From: an uncultured Roseivirgaceae bacterium
GTDB lineage: Bacteria > Bacteroidota > Bacteroidia > Cytophagales > Cyclobacteriaceae
Assembly (NCBI GenBank): GCA_964596645.1
Contig: CAZQVB010000007.1
Span: 36,875 to 100,874, forward strand
Length of the DNA stretch: 64,000 bases
Reading direction: 5' to 3'
A program made the position numbers and the translations under genes. This document shows positions 1 to 9,216 of the stretch, in pieces. Under the pieces are notes generated by a model, which saw only the letters and a program-made list of their open reading frames with translations, was not told the DNA's origin and did not search any database. The first letter of the stretch is position 1. The number at the start of each line of letters is the position of its first letter.

Positions 1-235
1 GGCATTGGCGCTGCATTCTTCTGATGCATCACATGGCCAGCTTCGCGAAGTGAGTCGTACGTTCAAGCACATGCTCACACACCAGCACATACATGCGGTG
101 TTTCTGAAGTTTGTTTACAATGATTTGCATGCGAACAAAATGAACCAGGAAAACAGTTATTATGATGCCTCTGAAATAGAAAAATTGCCCAAGCCTATTT
201 TGATTGAGAAGTATTTGAAGGGTGAAATTATTTGA
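1..235 (+). CDS. mutY: A/G-specific adenine glycosylase MutY, C-terminal fragment (N-terminus lies outside the window)
   Basis: The reading frame of ORF 5..235 is open to the window edge. The motif FKHMLTHQHIHAVF resembles the NUDIX-like C-terminal domain of MutY. The gene sits immediately upstream of ssb-gldE-gldD, as in Flavobacterium johnsoniae. Confidence 0.55.
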   Translation, partial: ALALHSSDASHGQLREVSRTFKHMLTHQHIHAVFLKFVYNDLHANKMNQENSYYDASEIEKLPKPILIEKYLKGEII

Positions 236-255
236 CTAGTTTTAGAAATGATTCA

Positions 256-263
256 TATCTTTG
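256..263 (+). promoter_or_regulatory. Candidate Bacteroidota -7 promoter box (TATCTTTG, consensus TAnnTTTG) for ssb
   Basis: Exact match to TAnnTTTG 19 nt upstream of the ssb ATG, followed by an A-rich leader with no Shine-Dalgarno sequence. Confidence 0.35.
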
Positions 264-281
264 ACCCACAAAAAATAAGCA

Positions 282-752
282 ATGGCTGGAGTAAATAAAG
301 TAATTCTGATTGGCAATTTGGGCTCCGACCCGGAAGTACGGCACCTGAGCAACAACTCTGTAGTGGCCAATTTCAACATCGCCACATCAGAATCTTACAC
401 CAACAAAAGTGGCGAACGCGTTACCAACACCGAATGGCACCGCATAGAGCTCTGGGATGGCCTGGCCAAAGTGGCAGAACAGTATTTGAAAAAAGGCAAT
501 AGCGTATACATAGAAGGAAAGCTGAAGACCGACAACTGGCAAGACAACGACGGCAATAACCGCACAACTACGCGCATTCGGGCCACGAACCTGACCATGT
601 TGGGTGGGCGCGGCGGCGATGCCAGCGACAATGATTACGGTCAGTCGAACCAGTCGGACAGCCCGGCAGAGAAAAGCCGCCCGGCGCGTCAGCAGAACAA
701 TCCTGTATCTTCCCCCGATAATGGCGATGAAGCGGACGACCTGCCCTTCTGA
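282..752 (+). CDS. ssb: Single-stranded DNA-binding protein
   Basis: The N-terminal OB fold starts MAGVNKVILIGNLGSDPEVR and contains TEWHRI. A Gly/Gln/Asn-rich linker leads to the canonical acidic tip DDLPF at the C-terminus. Confidence 0.97.
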   Translation: MAGVNKVILIGNLGSDPEVRHLSNNSVVANFNIATSESYTNKSGERVTNTEWHRIELWDGLAKVAEQYLKKGNSVYIEGKLKTDNWQDNDGNNRTTTRIRATNLTMLGGRGGDASDNDYGQSNQSDSPAEKSRPARQQNNPVSSPDNGDEADDLPF

Positions 753-774
753 TGTGCAACCTAATTAACTAATC

Positions 775-2103
775 TTGGAATCAAGTATTGACGACCCATT
801 TCCGGCGGCACTTCTCTTTGTTGTCTCTATGTTGGGTAGCCCCCTGCTTTTCTATTTGCTCAACGCCCTCATTTTGGTGGTTTTGCTCTTTCTCTCAGCC
901 ATGGTTTCCGGCTCGGAAGTGGCCTTTTTTTCTATGGCGCCGGCTGAAATCATTGCCCTCAAGAGCGGCAACAAACCCGAGCGCACCCTCTATCGGTTGA
1001 TCTCCGACCCCAAGCGGTTGCTGGCCACCATACTCATTCTCAACAATTTTATAAACATTGCCATAGTGACCTTGTCAACCTTCGTCACCTGGAACATCGT
1101 AGGGTCACAGAGCGTAGACGGGCAGGTGGTGATTTTGCTCACCTTTATAGTCACTTTTGCCATTGTTTACTTTGGTGAAGTAGTACCGAAAATTTACGCC
1201 AATCAGCGCAGCCTGCAATTTGCCAAGTTCACCATACCCCTCATCAGTGTTTCGTATTGGTTCTTCAAGCCCGTGTCCTGGTTTTTGGCCTCTATCTCCA
1301 ACGTCATAGAATCCAGAATAAAGCAGGGCGCTTATCAGGTGAGCATCGATGAGCTAAACCATGCGCTGGAGCTTACCACAAGCCACGAAACCAGCAAAGA
1401 AGAAAAAGGCATCCTTAAGGGCATCGTCAATTTCGGACAACTCAGCGTGAAGCAGGTCATGCGCTCCAGGGTAGATATTACCGCTCTGGACGTGGACACT
1501 GATTTTCATGACCTCATGGACAAAATCAATAAGAGTGGGTTCAGCCGTATACCGGTTTATAAGGAAACCATAGACAAGATAGAAGGGATTCTGTACAATA
1601 AAGACCTGCTGCCCCACATCGACAAATCTGATAGTTTTCAATGGCAGACCCTCATAAGGCCGCCCTATTTCGTGCCTGAAGCCAAAAAAATTGATACTCT
1701 GCTGAAGGATTTTCAGGAAAAGCACGTGCATATGGCCATAGTGGTGGATGAGTATGGCGGCACATCCGGCCTTATCACTTTCGAAGATGTAATTGAAGAA
1801 ATAGTCGGTGAAATAAAGGATGAGTTTGATGATGAAGAAATCGTGTACAACAAGCTCAACGACAACACCTTTATATTCGAAGGAAAGACCTCATTGCACG
1901 ATTTTGGAAAAATAACGGAAGAAGACCCGCTCATTTTTGAAGCCGTGAAGGGCGAAAGCGAATCGCTGGGCGGATTGCTGCTGGAGCTAAACAACAAGCT
2001 GCCGCGCACCGGTGAGAAAATAATTTTTGATAAGTTTGTTTTTACTGTAGTAGCCGTAGACCAGAAGCGCATCAAGCGCATCAGGGTATTGATCAATAAG
2101 TAA
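775..2103 (+). CDS. gldE: Gliding-motility-associated CNNM/CorC-HlyC family protein GldE (DUF21 membrane domain, CBS pair, CorC_HlyC domain)
   Basis: TTG start. Four N-terminal transmembrane segments (SGSEVAFFS motif), a CBS-pair region and a C-terminal transporter-associated domain. Position is ssb-gldE-gldD. Confidence 0.8.
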   Translation: MESSIDDPFPAALLFVVSMLGSPLLFYLLNALILVVLLFLSAMVSGSEVAFFSMAPAEIIALKSGNKPERTLYRLISDPKRLLATILILNNFINIAIVTLSTFVTWNIVGSQSVDGQVVILLTFIVTFAIVYFGEVVPKIYANQRSLQFAKFTIPLISVSYWFFKPVSWFLASISNVIESRIKQGAYQVSIDELNHALELTTSHETSKEEKGILKGIVNFGQLSVKQVMRSRVDITALDVDTDFHDLMDKINKSGFSRIPVYKETIDKIEGILYNKDLLPHIDKSDSFQWQTLIRPPYFVPEAKKIDTLLKDFQEKHVHMAIVVDEYGGTSGLITFEDVIEEIVGEIKDEFDDEEIVYNKLNDNTFIFEGKTSLHDFGKITEEDPLIFEAVKGESESLGGLLLELNNKLPRTGEKIIFDKFVFTVVAVDQKRIKRIRVLINK

Positions 2104-2693
2104 TGTATAGAGCAGGTCTTGTGTGTTTCATCTTAATGCTGGCCATGTGCACGCTGGCCTGCCGCGAAACGCACCTGCCGAAGCCAAAGGGCTACAATCG
2201 CATTCTGCTGCCACCCGCTCAATATATCGCCCTGCCCGATTCTTTTCCCTTTTCTTTCGAGTACTCCACGCACGCCCGCCTCCTTGGCGACTCGTCGTGG
2301 ATAGCCGAGCGCTACTGGTTCGACTTGTACTATCCGGAAATGGAAGCCAGCATACAGATGTCGTACAAACCGGTGAAAAACGACGAAGCACTGCTGCGCG
2401 AATATCTCACCACGGCATACCGGCTCACCGCCAAGCACCAGATAAAGGCCGATGCCATAGAAGAAAGAATACTACACACGGCCACTGATAAAATCGCCGT
2501 AATTGCCGAGTTGAGCGGAGAGGTGCCAAGCCAATATCAATTTTTCGTTACCGACTCCGTACACCATTTTTTGCGCGGAGCCTTGTATTTTAAAACTGCT
2601 ACAAAAAATGACTCGCTGGCCCCTGTGATCGAATATATGCGCACAGATATTCTCCACATGTTGAATACACTGGAATGGAATAGCGGCGTGTAG
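2103..2693 (+). CDS. gldD: Gliding motility lipoprotein GldD
   Basis: About 196 aa. Signal peptide with lipobox-like LACRE, followed by [12 protein letters not shown], which is typical of GldD. The ATG overlaps the gldE stop (TAATG), suggesting translational coupling. Confidence 0.7.
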   Translation: MYRAGLVCFILMLAMCTLACRETHLPKPKGYNRILLPPAQYIALPDSFPFSFEYSTHARLLGDSSWIAERYWFDLYYPEMEASIQMSYKPVKNDEALLREYLTTAYRLTAKHQIKADAIEERILHTATDKIAVIAELSGEVPSQYQFFVTDSVHHFLRGALYFKTATKNDSLAPVIEYMRTDILHMLNTLEWNSGV

Positions 2694-2698
2694 TGATC

Positions 2699-4792
2699 AT
2701 GCAAAACTACTTCGAGACGCGCATAGAATTTTTAAAGGGGGTGGGCCCCGCGCGAGCCGAATTGCTCAATAAGGAGCTGTCGATATTCACCTTTGGCGAT
2801 CTCATCCAACACTATCCTTTTCGGTACGAAGACCGCACCAAGTTTTACCAGATCAGTGAGCTGCACGAGCAATCGCCCAATGTGCAAATACGCGGCACGC
2901 TCCGGCATGTTGAGATGACAGGGCAAATGCGAAAAAAGCGACTGCATGCCGTCATCGCTGATGAAACGGGCGAGCTGGAGCTGGTCTGGTTCAAAGGGCA
3001 CCAGTGGGTGATGAAGAAGTTGCAGGTCGGACAGCAATATATCGTGTACGGCAAACCCAACCGCTTCAACTACAAAATGAACATGGCGCATCCGGAAATA
3101 GAACTGCTCACGGAGGCGGCTTCTTCACACAACCTGCTACAGCCTGTATACTCCACCACAGAAAAATTGCGCCTGCGCTCGCTCGACAGCCGCGGTATAT
3201 ATCGCCTGATACAAGCCATGCTGGCACAGGCCCTGCCGCATGTAAGGGAAACCCTGCCCGCCATACTGATGAAGCAGTATAAACTCTGTGGCAAACAAGA
3301 GGCAATAGCACATATACACATACCGCCGCACTACGATGCACTGGCCAAGGCGGAGTATAGGCTTAAGTTTGAAGAATTCTTTTACATACAGCTGAGGCTG
3401 CTGAAAATGAAGGTGGGCCGGGCAGACAAATTCAAAGGGCAAACCTTTCGTGACAGTACGCTGCTCGCAAAGTTTTACAATGAGCACCTGCCGTTTGAAC
3501 TTACCACGGCACAGAAGCGGGTGATCAAAGAGATATACCGCGACCTGCGCTCGGGCGTGCAGATGAACCGGTTGGTGCAGGGCGACGTAGGCAGTGGTAA
3601 AACCATCGTTTCATTTATATGCATGCTCATCGCCATAGGCAGTGGTGCGCAAGTGGCCTTCATGGCGCCCACCGAAATATTGGCAGATCAGCATTTCCAT
3701 AGTTTAAAGCCTTTTGCCGAAAAATTAAATCTGCACATCGCTGTACTCAAAGGCGCTACTAAAACCAAAGAGCGGAAGCAAATACATGCAGCCTTGGAGT
3801 CGGGGGAGTTGAATATACTGGTAGGCACGCATGCCCTGTTGGAAGATAAGGTACAATTTCAAAACCTTGGGTTGGCCATCACCGATGAGCAGCACCGGTT
3901 TGGAGTAGCACAACGCGCAAAGCTGTGGCAAAAAAATCAGGATTACATGCCACACATACTCGTAATGACCGCCACACCCATCCCCCGCACGCTGGCCATG
4001 ACGCTGTACGGCGACCTCGATATATCTGCCATAGACGAGCTGCCCGCAGGTCGCAAAGAAATTCAAACCCTTCACAAATTTGAATCGCACAGATCATGGG
4101 TTTTTGGTTTCCTGAAAAAGCAAATTGACCTAGGCCGACAAGTGTACATCGTTTATCCGCTTATAGAAGAATCGGCAAAACTCGACCTGAAGCACCTGAC
4201 GGATGGTTATGAAGCCATCTGCAGGGCCTTCCCCGGTGTGCCTATTGGGGTATTGCACGGCCGCATGAAAGCCCGCGACAAAGAATTTGAAATGCAGCGT
4301 TTTGTAAAAAATGAAACTAAGATATTGGTAGCGACCACCGTAATAGAAGTAGGAGTAAACGTACCCAACGCCACCGTAATGGTCATAGAAAACGCCGAAC
4401 GCTTTGGTCTTGCGCAGCTACACCAGTTGCGCGGGCGGGTAGGTCGCGGAGCCGACCAGTCCTACTGCCTACTCATGACAGATTATAAACTTTCTAAAGA
4501 AAGCAAGATGCGATTAGAAACGATGGTGCGTACCAACAACGGGTTTGAAATAGCTGAGGCTGACATGAAACAAAGGGGCCCCGGCGATCTTATGGGCACG
4601 CAACAAAGCGGCCTCATGGACATGCTCATCGGCGACATCAGCAGGGATGGCAAGGTACTGGAACTGGCCAGGCACGCCGCCAAAGATGTGCTCGACAGCG
4701 ATCCTCAACTGGATGATGAAAAGCACCTGGCCATCAGGCAACAAATTGACAGCGCAAAGAAAAATGTGGTGAACTGGAGCCGCATAAGTTGA
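2699..4792 (+). CDS. recG: ATP-dependent DNA helicase RecG
   Basis: Wedge domain at the N-terminus (FLKGVGPARAELL), Walker A GDVGSGKT, DEQH box (ITDEQHRFG) and motif VI QLHQLRGRVGRG. I prefer the ATG at 2699 over the GTG at 2693 used by the ORF track. Confidence 0.95.
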   Translation: MQNYFETRIEFLKGVGPARAELLNKELSIFTFGDLIQHYPFRYEDRTKFYQISELHEQSPNVQIRGTLRHVEMTGQMRKKRLHAVIADETGELELVWFKGHQWVMKKLQVGQQYIVYGKPNRFNYKMNMAHPEIELLTEAASSHNLLQPVYSTTEKLRLRSLDSRGIYRLIQAMLAQALPHVRETLPAILMKQYKLCGKQEAIAHIHIPPHYDALAKAEYRLKFEEFFYIQLRLLKMKVGRADKFKGQTFRDSTLLAKFYNEHLPFELTTAQKRVIKEIYRDLRSGVQMNRLVQGDVGSGKTIVSFICMLIAIGSGAQVAFMAPTEILADQHFHSLKPFAEKLNLHIAVLKGATKTKERKQIHAALESGELNILVGTHALLEDKVQFQNLGLAITDEQHRFGVAQRAKLWQKNQDYMPHILVMTATPIPRTLAMTLYGDLDISAIDELPAGRKEIQTLHKFESHRSWVFGFLKKQIDLGRQVYIVYPLIEESAKLDLKHLTDGYEAICRAFPGVPIGVLHGRMKARDKEFEMQRFVKNETKILVATTVIEVGVNVPNATVMVIENAERFGLAQLHQLRGRVGRGADQSYCLLMTDYKLSKESKMRLETMVRTNNGFEIAEADMKQRGPGDLMGTQQSGLMDMLIGDISRDGKVLELARHAAKDVLDSDPQLDDEKHLAIRQQIDSAKKNVVNWSRIS

Positions 4793-4800
4793 TCACGCGG

Positions 4801-5703
4801 CTAAGGCACATCATGGCCACTTACCGCTGCATACACCCTGAACCAATCTTCCTGGCTGATCTCTATATCCACCGCCTGGGTCGCTCGCTGTACCCGGGCC
4901 GCCTTCGTGGTGCCCAACACCGGCAGTACACCCGCAGGATGTTTCATCAACCAAGCCAACACAAGCTGATCTAGTGATAATCCTTCAAATGGCTCCTCTC
5001 TCAATAATTTTTGCAGTCTTTGCACAAGCGGCAAATCCTGCTGGAATAATCTTCCGCCACCAAAGGGAGACCATGCCATAGGCTTTATTCCCGACAACAT
5101 GCAATGATCGAGCGCACCATTGGTGATGGGAGACAGACAAAAAGGCGATAGCTCTATTTGGTTCGTCACCAATGGGAAATCTAAGAAAGCCTGCAACAGA
5201 TCAAATTGCACATTGCTAAAATTGGAAACACCAAAGTGCTTCACCTTACCGGAGGATTTTAGGGCATCGAAGGCCTTAGCCACTTCCTGAGGAACCATCA
5301 GCGGATCTGGCCTGTGAATAAGCAAAAGATCAATATAATCCATCTGCATGGCGCGCAGAGACCGCTCCGCCGAACTGATAATATGCTGTCGGCTGGTATC
5401 GTACGATTTGATTCGGTGCGTCGGTCGGTGCTCATGCACCAGCTTGATGCCGCATTTCGTCACCACCTCTATCATCTCTCTTTCTATGCCCAGTGCCTTC
5501 ACGGCCTTGCCGAAATAGCCTTCGCAGGTATAGCCGCCATATATATCGGCATTGTCAAATGAGGTGACGCCACATTCTAAATAGGTCTCAATGAGCTTTT
5601 CTGTTGAGAAGCCAGCGTCGCCATAAGCGTCGGCCAGTCGCCACATACCGCCAATCATGCGCGATACAAAAGGCCCTGTATTGTGCAATGCTATTTTATT
5701 CAT
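4801..5703 (-). CDS. Aldo/keto reductase family oxidoreductase (YdhF-like)
   Basis: About 300 aa. AKR features include DNADIYG, GVSNF and LAWL..HP. ATG start at 5703. Confidence 0.85.
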   Translation of the reverse strand: MNKIALHNTGPFVSRMIGGMWRLADAYGDAGFSTEKLIETYLECGVTSFDNADIYGGYTCEGYFGKAVKALGIEREMIEVVTKCGIKLVHEHRPTHRIKSYDTSRQHIISSAERSLRAMQMDYIDLLLIHRPDPLMVPQEVAKAFDALKSSGKVKHFGVSNFSNVQFDLLQAFLDFPLVTNQIELSPFCLSPITNGALDHCMLSGIKPMAWSPFGGGRLFQQDLPLVQRLQKLLREEPFEGLSLDQLVLAWLMKHPAGVLPVLGTTKAARVQRATQAVDIEISQEDWFRVYAAVSGHDVP

Positions 5704-5893
5704 GCTAAAATCGTTTTATATCAACCTTCGTATAGCGTGAAGTATTAAGGGGTAGAAAAGCTTATGATGATAAAAATTTTCATCGTCTTTTGTTCTTGTT
5801 GCTGGCTCCTATATCAATGCCAGGCCCTGAATACGACCAATTGTTGGAATAGGTAATTTGCGTTCTTTGTTTTGCTTTTAGCGAATCATCGAA

Positions 5894-5901
5894 TATCTTT
5901 G
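5894..5901 (+). promoter_or_regulatory. Candidate -7 promoter box (TATCTTTG) for the rplU-rpmA operon
   Basis: Exact TAnnTTTG match 48 nt upstream of the rplU ATG. Confidence 0.4.
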
Positions 5902-5903
5902 CA

Positions 5904-5920
5904 CTCCGTTTTTCGCGGAG
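5904..5920 (+). promoter_or_regulatory. 5'-proximal leader hairpin of the rplU mRNA (CTCCG-N7-CGGAG)
   Basis: A 5-bp GC-rich inverted repeat lies directly after the predicted promoter box, followed by an A-rich leader to the ATG. Confidence 0.3.
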
Positions 5921-5948
5921 AAGATTAGAATCATAAAGAGACAAAAAA

Positions 5949-6257
5949 ATGTACGCAATTGTAAATATTGCCGGCACGCAGTTTAAAGTGGAGAAAGATA
6001 GGTTTTACTATACCCCACTGCTGGATGGCAAAGACGGCGACAAGGTAGAGTTTGAGGAAGTGCTGCTCACCGAAGATGGAGACAATATACAAATTGGTAC
6101 TCCGCTGCTCAAAGGAATAAAGGTATCGGCCAAAATACTGGGCCATGTAAAGGGCGACAAGGTGATTGTGTTTAAGAAAAAGCGCCGCAAAGGGTACCGC
6201 AAGAAAAACGGTCACCGCCAAAATTTTACAAAATTATTGATCGAAGACATTAAATAA
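5949..6257 (+). CDS. rplU: 50S ribosomal protein L21
   Basis: MYAIVNIAGTQFKVEKD start, 102 aa, and the conserved rplU-rpmA pair. Confidence 0.97.
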   Translation: MYAIVNIAGTQFKVEKDRFYYTPLLDGKDGDKVEFEEVLLTEDGDNIQIGTPLLKGIKVSAKILGHVKGDKVIVFKKKRRKGYRKKNGHRQNFTKLLIEDIK

Positions 6258-6266
6258 TTAGAACTC

Positions 6267-6530
6267 ATGGCACATAAAAAAGGAGCAGGTAGTTCAAGAA
6301 ACGGCAGGGATTCGGAAAGCAAGCGACTTGGCGTGAAAAAATTTGGTGGTCAGAAGGTGATTGCCGGTAATATTCTAGTTCGCCAGCGGGGCACCAAGCA
6401 TCATGCCGGTAGCAATGTGGGCATTGGTCGCGATCATACCTTGTTTGCGCTCACCGATGGTGTAGTCTCTTTTCGCAAAGGCTACAAACAACGTTCTTTC
6501 GTTTCTGTAGAGCCACTTACCGAGGCTTAG
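6267..6530 (+). CDS. rpmA: 50S ribosomal protein L27
   Basis: [24 protein letters not shown] and [10 protein letters not shown] are hallmark L27 sequence. Confidence 0.97.
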   Translation: MAHKKGAGSSRNGRDSESKRLGVKKFGGQKVIAGNILVRQRGTKHHAGSNVGIGRDHTLFALTDGVVSFRKGYKQRSFVSVEPLTEA

Positions 6531-6560
6531 TACAGCAGATCCGGTTTTGGTAATATTTAG

Positions 6561-6588
6561 GCAAGTTCGTATTGGACTTGCTTTTTTT
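6561..6588 (+). terminator. Rho-independent terminator of rplU-rpmA
   Basis: Stem GCAAGT(TC)/(G)ACTTGC followed by a 7-T run, 30 nt after the rpmA stop. Confidence 0.7.
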
Positions 6589-6616
6589 GTGCCTTCGAAT
6601 TTGCAAAAAGCTATTG

Positions 6617-6931
6617 CGCCCTTTCAGGGCTTTTCTGAAGTAGCTTCTTAGGCGATGGGCTGTGCCCATCATTCGTAGATGTAGCCCTTTCAGGGCAGAA
6701 GCAGCCAATGCTGTGCAAGCAGTAATACCTTTTTATACGATGGGCCTTTGCCTCGTTATTATATGACGCCCTTTCAGGGCTTGATGAGGTAGCTTCTTAG
6801 GCGATGGGCTGTGCCCATCGTTCGTAGATGTAGCCCTTTCAGGGCAGAAGCAGCCAATGCTGTGCAAGCAGTAATACCTTTTTATACTATGGACTTATGC
6901 CCCATCATTGGTAGAGCAGCCATTTCAGGGC
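6617..6931. repeat. Tandem, nested palindromic repeat array: two ~150-bp units, five GCCCTTTCAGGGC-type hairpins and four GATGGGC-N3-GCCCATC-type hairpins
   Basis: Direct reading. Copies 6617-6766 and 6767-~6916 are near-identical over about 123 bp. H1 hairpins start at 6618, 6684, 6768 and 6833 (exact) and 6919 (variant). H2 hairpins start at 6654 and 6804 (exact), with decayed versions near 6739 and 6887. Confidence 0.85.
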
Positions 6932-7046
6932 CTTTGTTGGTTTCATACCGCGCAGGGATTATGCTCGCTAAAGTGGTGGTTCTCTGAGGTTGCCGATGTT
7001 GCGTAAACAGAATCGTTCATTGAAAGGAGCAAACCGGCCATCTATC

Positions 7047-7778
7047 TCAATACCTAATGGCCTCCAAGGTACTGTTTGTGAGGTCAAACTGGAATAGTGC
7101 CTTGAGGTGCTGAATTACTTTAACTTCTACTTCCCGCTTATCGAGGGTTCGGCCCAGCTCTTGTTTCATCGAGGTGACCGCCTTATCAGAGATGCCGCAG
7201 GGTATGATATGGCCAAAATATGACAGGTCGGAATTTACGTTGAAGGCAAAGCCGTGCATGGTGACCCAACGGCTGCTCTTTACGCCGATGGCACATATTT
7301 TCCTCGGATTTTGCTGCCGTACGTGATCCAGCCACACGCCGGTAAGCCCCTCAATACGGCCGGCTTCTATTTGATATTCGGCAAGGGTGAGTATGATGGC
7401 CTCTTCCAGGTAACGCAAGTAGCGGTGTATATCCGTGAAAAAATTATCCAGATCGAAAATAGGATAACCCACAATTTGTCCCGGACCGTGATAGGTGATG
7501 TCGCCGCCACGGTTAATTTTATAAAACGTAGCCTGATGCTGCTCCAGTCCCTGTGCATCCAACAGCAAATTGTTTGCATCGCCGCTTTTGCCCAACGTAT
7601 ACACGTGCGGATGATCGCACATAAGCAGGTAGTTTGGCGTAGGAAGCTGCTCACCAGCAGGTCGCTTTCTGTTGGCCACTTTCACATCCACCACACGTGC
7701 AAAAAGCGTCTCCTGTAGATCCCAGGCCTTCTGATAATCCATAGTGCCCAGATGCACATATTCTACTGATTTGTTCAC
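7047..7778 (-). CDS. lipB: Lipoyl(octanoyl) transferase LipB
   Basis: Motifs HPHVYTLGKSG, NRGGDITYHGPGQIVGYP and RKICAIGVK (catalytic Cys/Lys region). The GTG start overlaps the manA stop (GTGA). Confidence 0.93.
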   Translation of the reverse strand: MNKSVEYVHLGTMDYQKAWDLQETLFARVVDVKVANRKRPAGEQLPTPNYLLMCDHPHVYTLGKSGDANNLLLDAQGLEQHQATFYKINRGGDITYHGPGQIVGYPIFDLDNFFTDIHRYLRYLEEAIILTLAEYQIEAGRIEGLTGVWLDHVRQQNPRKICAIGVKSSRWVTMHGFAFNVNSDLSYFGHIIPCGISDKAVTSMKQELGRTLDKREVEVKVIQHLKALFQFDLTNSTLEAIRY

Positions 7779-8776
7779 AGCACCGTCTGAGGTTCATAGT
7801 CGATATACGATTCCAGCATCTTAAAGCTCCCTTGCGGGGTCAGCGTGAGCTTGTCGATGGCTGCGGGCACCAGTACGGCGTCGCCTTTATTCACATCTAT
7901 GCTGCCACCGTCGTATGCCATAACTAGCGCGCCTTCCATGCAGATGTATATCACGAAACTGTCCAGGCTGCTGTGATCGCGGTGTAGGGGTTTGTCGCAG
8001 TGCAGCTTATTGGTGGTGAAGTAGGGGCACTGTACCAGCGGTATCACTTCATTTTTTCCGTCGGTATAGCGCGTTTTGTAATCGTCGTAGTGGGTGAAGT
8101 CGATGGCGTCGAGCGCCTGCTCTGTATGCAGCTCGCGTTTGTTGCCCTGGTCGTCGGTACGGTCAAAATCGTAAATTCTGTAGGTGACGTCGGAGGTCTG
8201 CTGAATCTCGGCCAGAAAACATCCTTTGCCAATGCTGTGCACCCTGCCGGCGGGCAGGAAGTACACATCGCCGGCGTGCACATCTTCAAAATTCAGAATG
8301 TTCATCAAATTGCCGTTTTCAAAAGCTTCCAGATAGGTTTGCTTCGTCAGTGCTTTGTTGAAGCCAACATTCATTTTCGCCCCTTCGTCAGCTTGAAAGA
8401 CGTACCACATCTCTGTTTTGCCAAAGGATTTATGGCGCTTGGCTGCCAAATTGTCGTCGGGATGTACCTGAATGGACAGGTCGTCGTTGGCATCGATAAA
8501 CTTCACCAGCAGGGGAAAGTCATCGCCGTATTTCATGTAGATTTTTTCCCCGACCAATCGCCCTTTATATTTCCCTACAAGGGTTTTCAGATCTTTACCT
8601 TCCAACGCACCGTGCGACACCACCGACACGTTGCCTGCTACCCCTGATATTTCCCAGGTTTCGCCGCAGTTGGGCAGGTCACCAAAGTCTTTGTTGAGGA
8701 TGGTCTTCACCTTTTTTCCACCCCAAATCTTATCTTTAAATATGGTTTTGAATTTCAACGGATACAGCTCAGACAT
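7775..8776 (-). CDS. manA: Class I mannose-6-phosphate isomerase
   Basis: N-terminus LYPLKFKTIFKDKIWGG, FPLLVKFIDA..LSIQVHPDD (zinc-ligand region) and a cupin C-terminal half. Confidence 0.88.
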   Translation of the reverse strand: MSELYPLKFKTIFKDKIWGGKKVKTILNKDFGDLPNCGETWEISGVAGNVSVVSHGALEGKDLKTLVGKYKGRLVGEKIYMKYGDDFPLLVKFIDANDDLSIQVHPDDNLAAKRHKSFGKTEMWYVFQADEGAKMNVGFNKALTKQTYLEAFENGNLMNILNFEDVHAGDVYFLPAGRVHSIGKGCFLAEIQQTSDVTYRIYDFDRTDDQGNKRELHTEQALDAIDFTHYDDYKTRYTDGKNEVIPLVQCPYFTTNKLHCDKPLHRDHSSLDSFVIYICMEGALVMAYDGGSIDVNKGDAVLVPAAIDKLTLTPQGSFKMLESYIDYEPQTVL

Positions 8777-8803
8777 GTCGTGCTTGGTTATAGATTGTAA
8801 AAT

Positions 8804-9154
8804 ATGCGCAATAATAAAGATTTAGGTCAGTATGGAGAAAACCTGGCCCGGCGGTATTTGGTTCGGCAAGGCTACGAGATCGTGGCCAGCAACTACCGCT
8901 ACAAACGCGCGGAGATCGACCTGATAGCCATGCACAACGGGCAATTGATCTTTCTGGAAGTGAAGATGAGAAGCAACCTCTCCTTCGGCATGCCTGAGAG
9001 TTTTGTGGATGAAAAAAAGGCCGAAATGATCCATTACGCTGCCGAGGCCTACATCATTGAAAATGATTGGCAAGCCAACATCCGCTTCGACATCCTGGCC
9101 ATTGTGCAGCAAAAAAATTCTCTCACCATCAAGCATTTCGAAGATGCCTTTTAG
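8804..9154 (+). CDS. yraN: YraN family endonuclease (UPF0102)
   Basis: 116 aa. GENLARRYL..GYEIVASNYR..AEIDLIA...LIFLEVK is the typical YraN core. Confidence 0.85.
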   Translation: MRNNKDLGQYGENLARRYLVRQGYEIVASNYRYKRAEIDLIAMHNGQLIFLEVKMRSNLSFGMPESFVDEKKAEMIHYAAEAYIIENDWQANIRFDILAIVQQKNSLTIKHFEDAF

Positions 9155-9156
9155 CA

Positions 9157-9189
9157 AAAAGCCGGATGCTTAGAAAACATCCGGCTTTT
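9157..9189. terminator. Bidirectional rho-independent terminator between yraN (+) and the 9217-9828 gene (-)
   Basis: Perfect inverted repeat AAAAGCCGGATG / CATCCGGCTTTT with a 9-nt loop. There are A-runs and T-runs on both sides. Confidence 0.7.
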
Positions 9190-9216
9190 GAGTGAAAGTA
9201 TTCTCGGTCAGAACAG

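Noticed and set aside
6517-6708. A 63-aa ORF on the minus strand across the palindromic repeat array.
   Set aside because: It spans the rpmA stop and terminator and then runs into repeat DNA. The basic, repetitive translation simply mirrors the repeat, and there is no start context.
6617-6931. The possibility that the repeat array is a CRISPR array.
   Set aside because: There are only two long (~150 bp) tandem units with internal palindromes. There are no uniform 25-40-bp repeats separated by unique spacers, and no cas genes in the window.
8000-8647. Other long antisense ORFs: 8000-8647 opposite manA, 13634-14236 opposite the S9 peptidase, 33384-33977 opposite glmS, 42219-42824 opposite araC, 43549-44130 opposite the sulfatase and 10077-10508 opposite tauE.
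   Set aside because: Each is fully embedded in a well-supported gene on the other strand and has low-complexity, motif-free translation. These are shadow ORFs.
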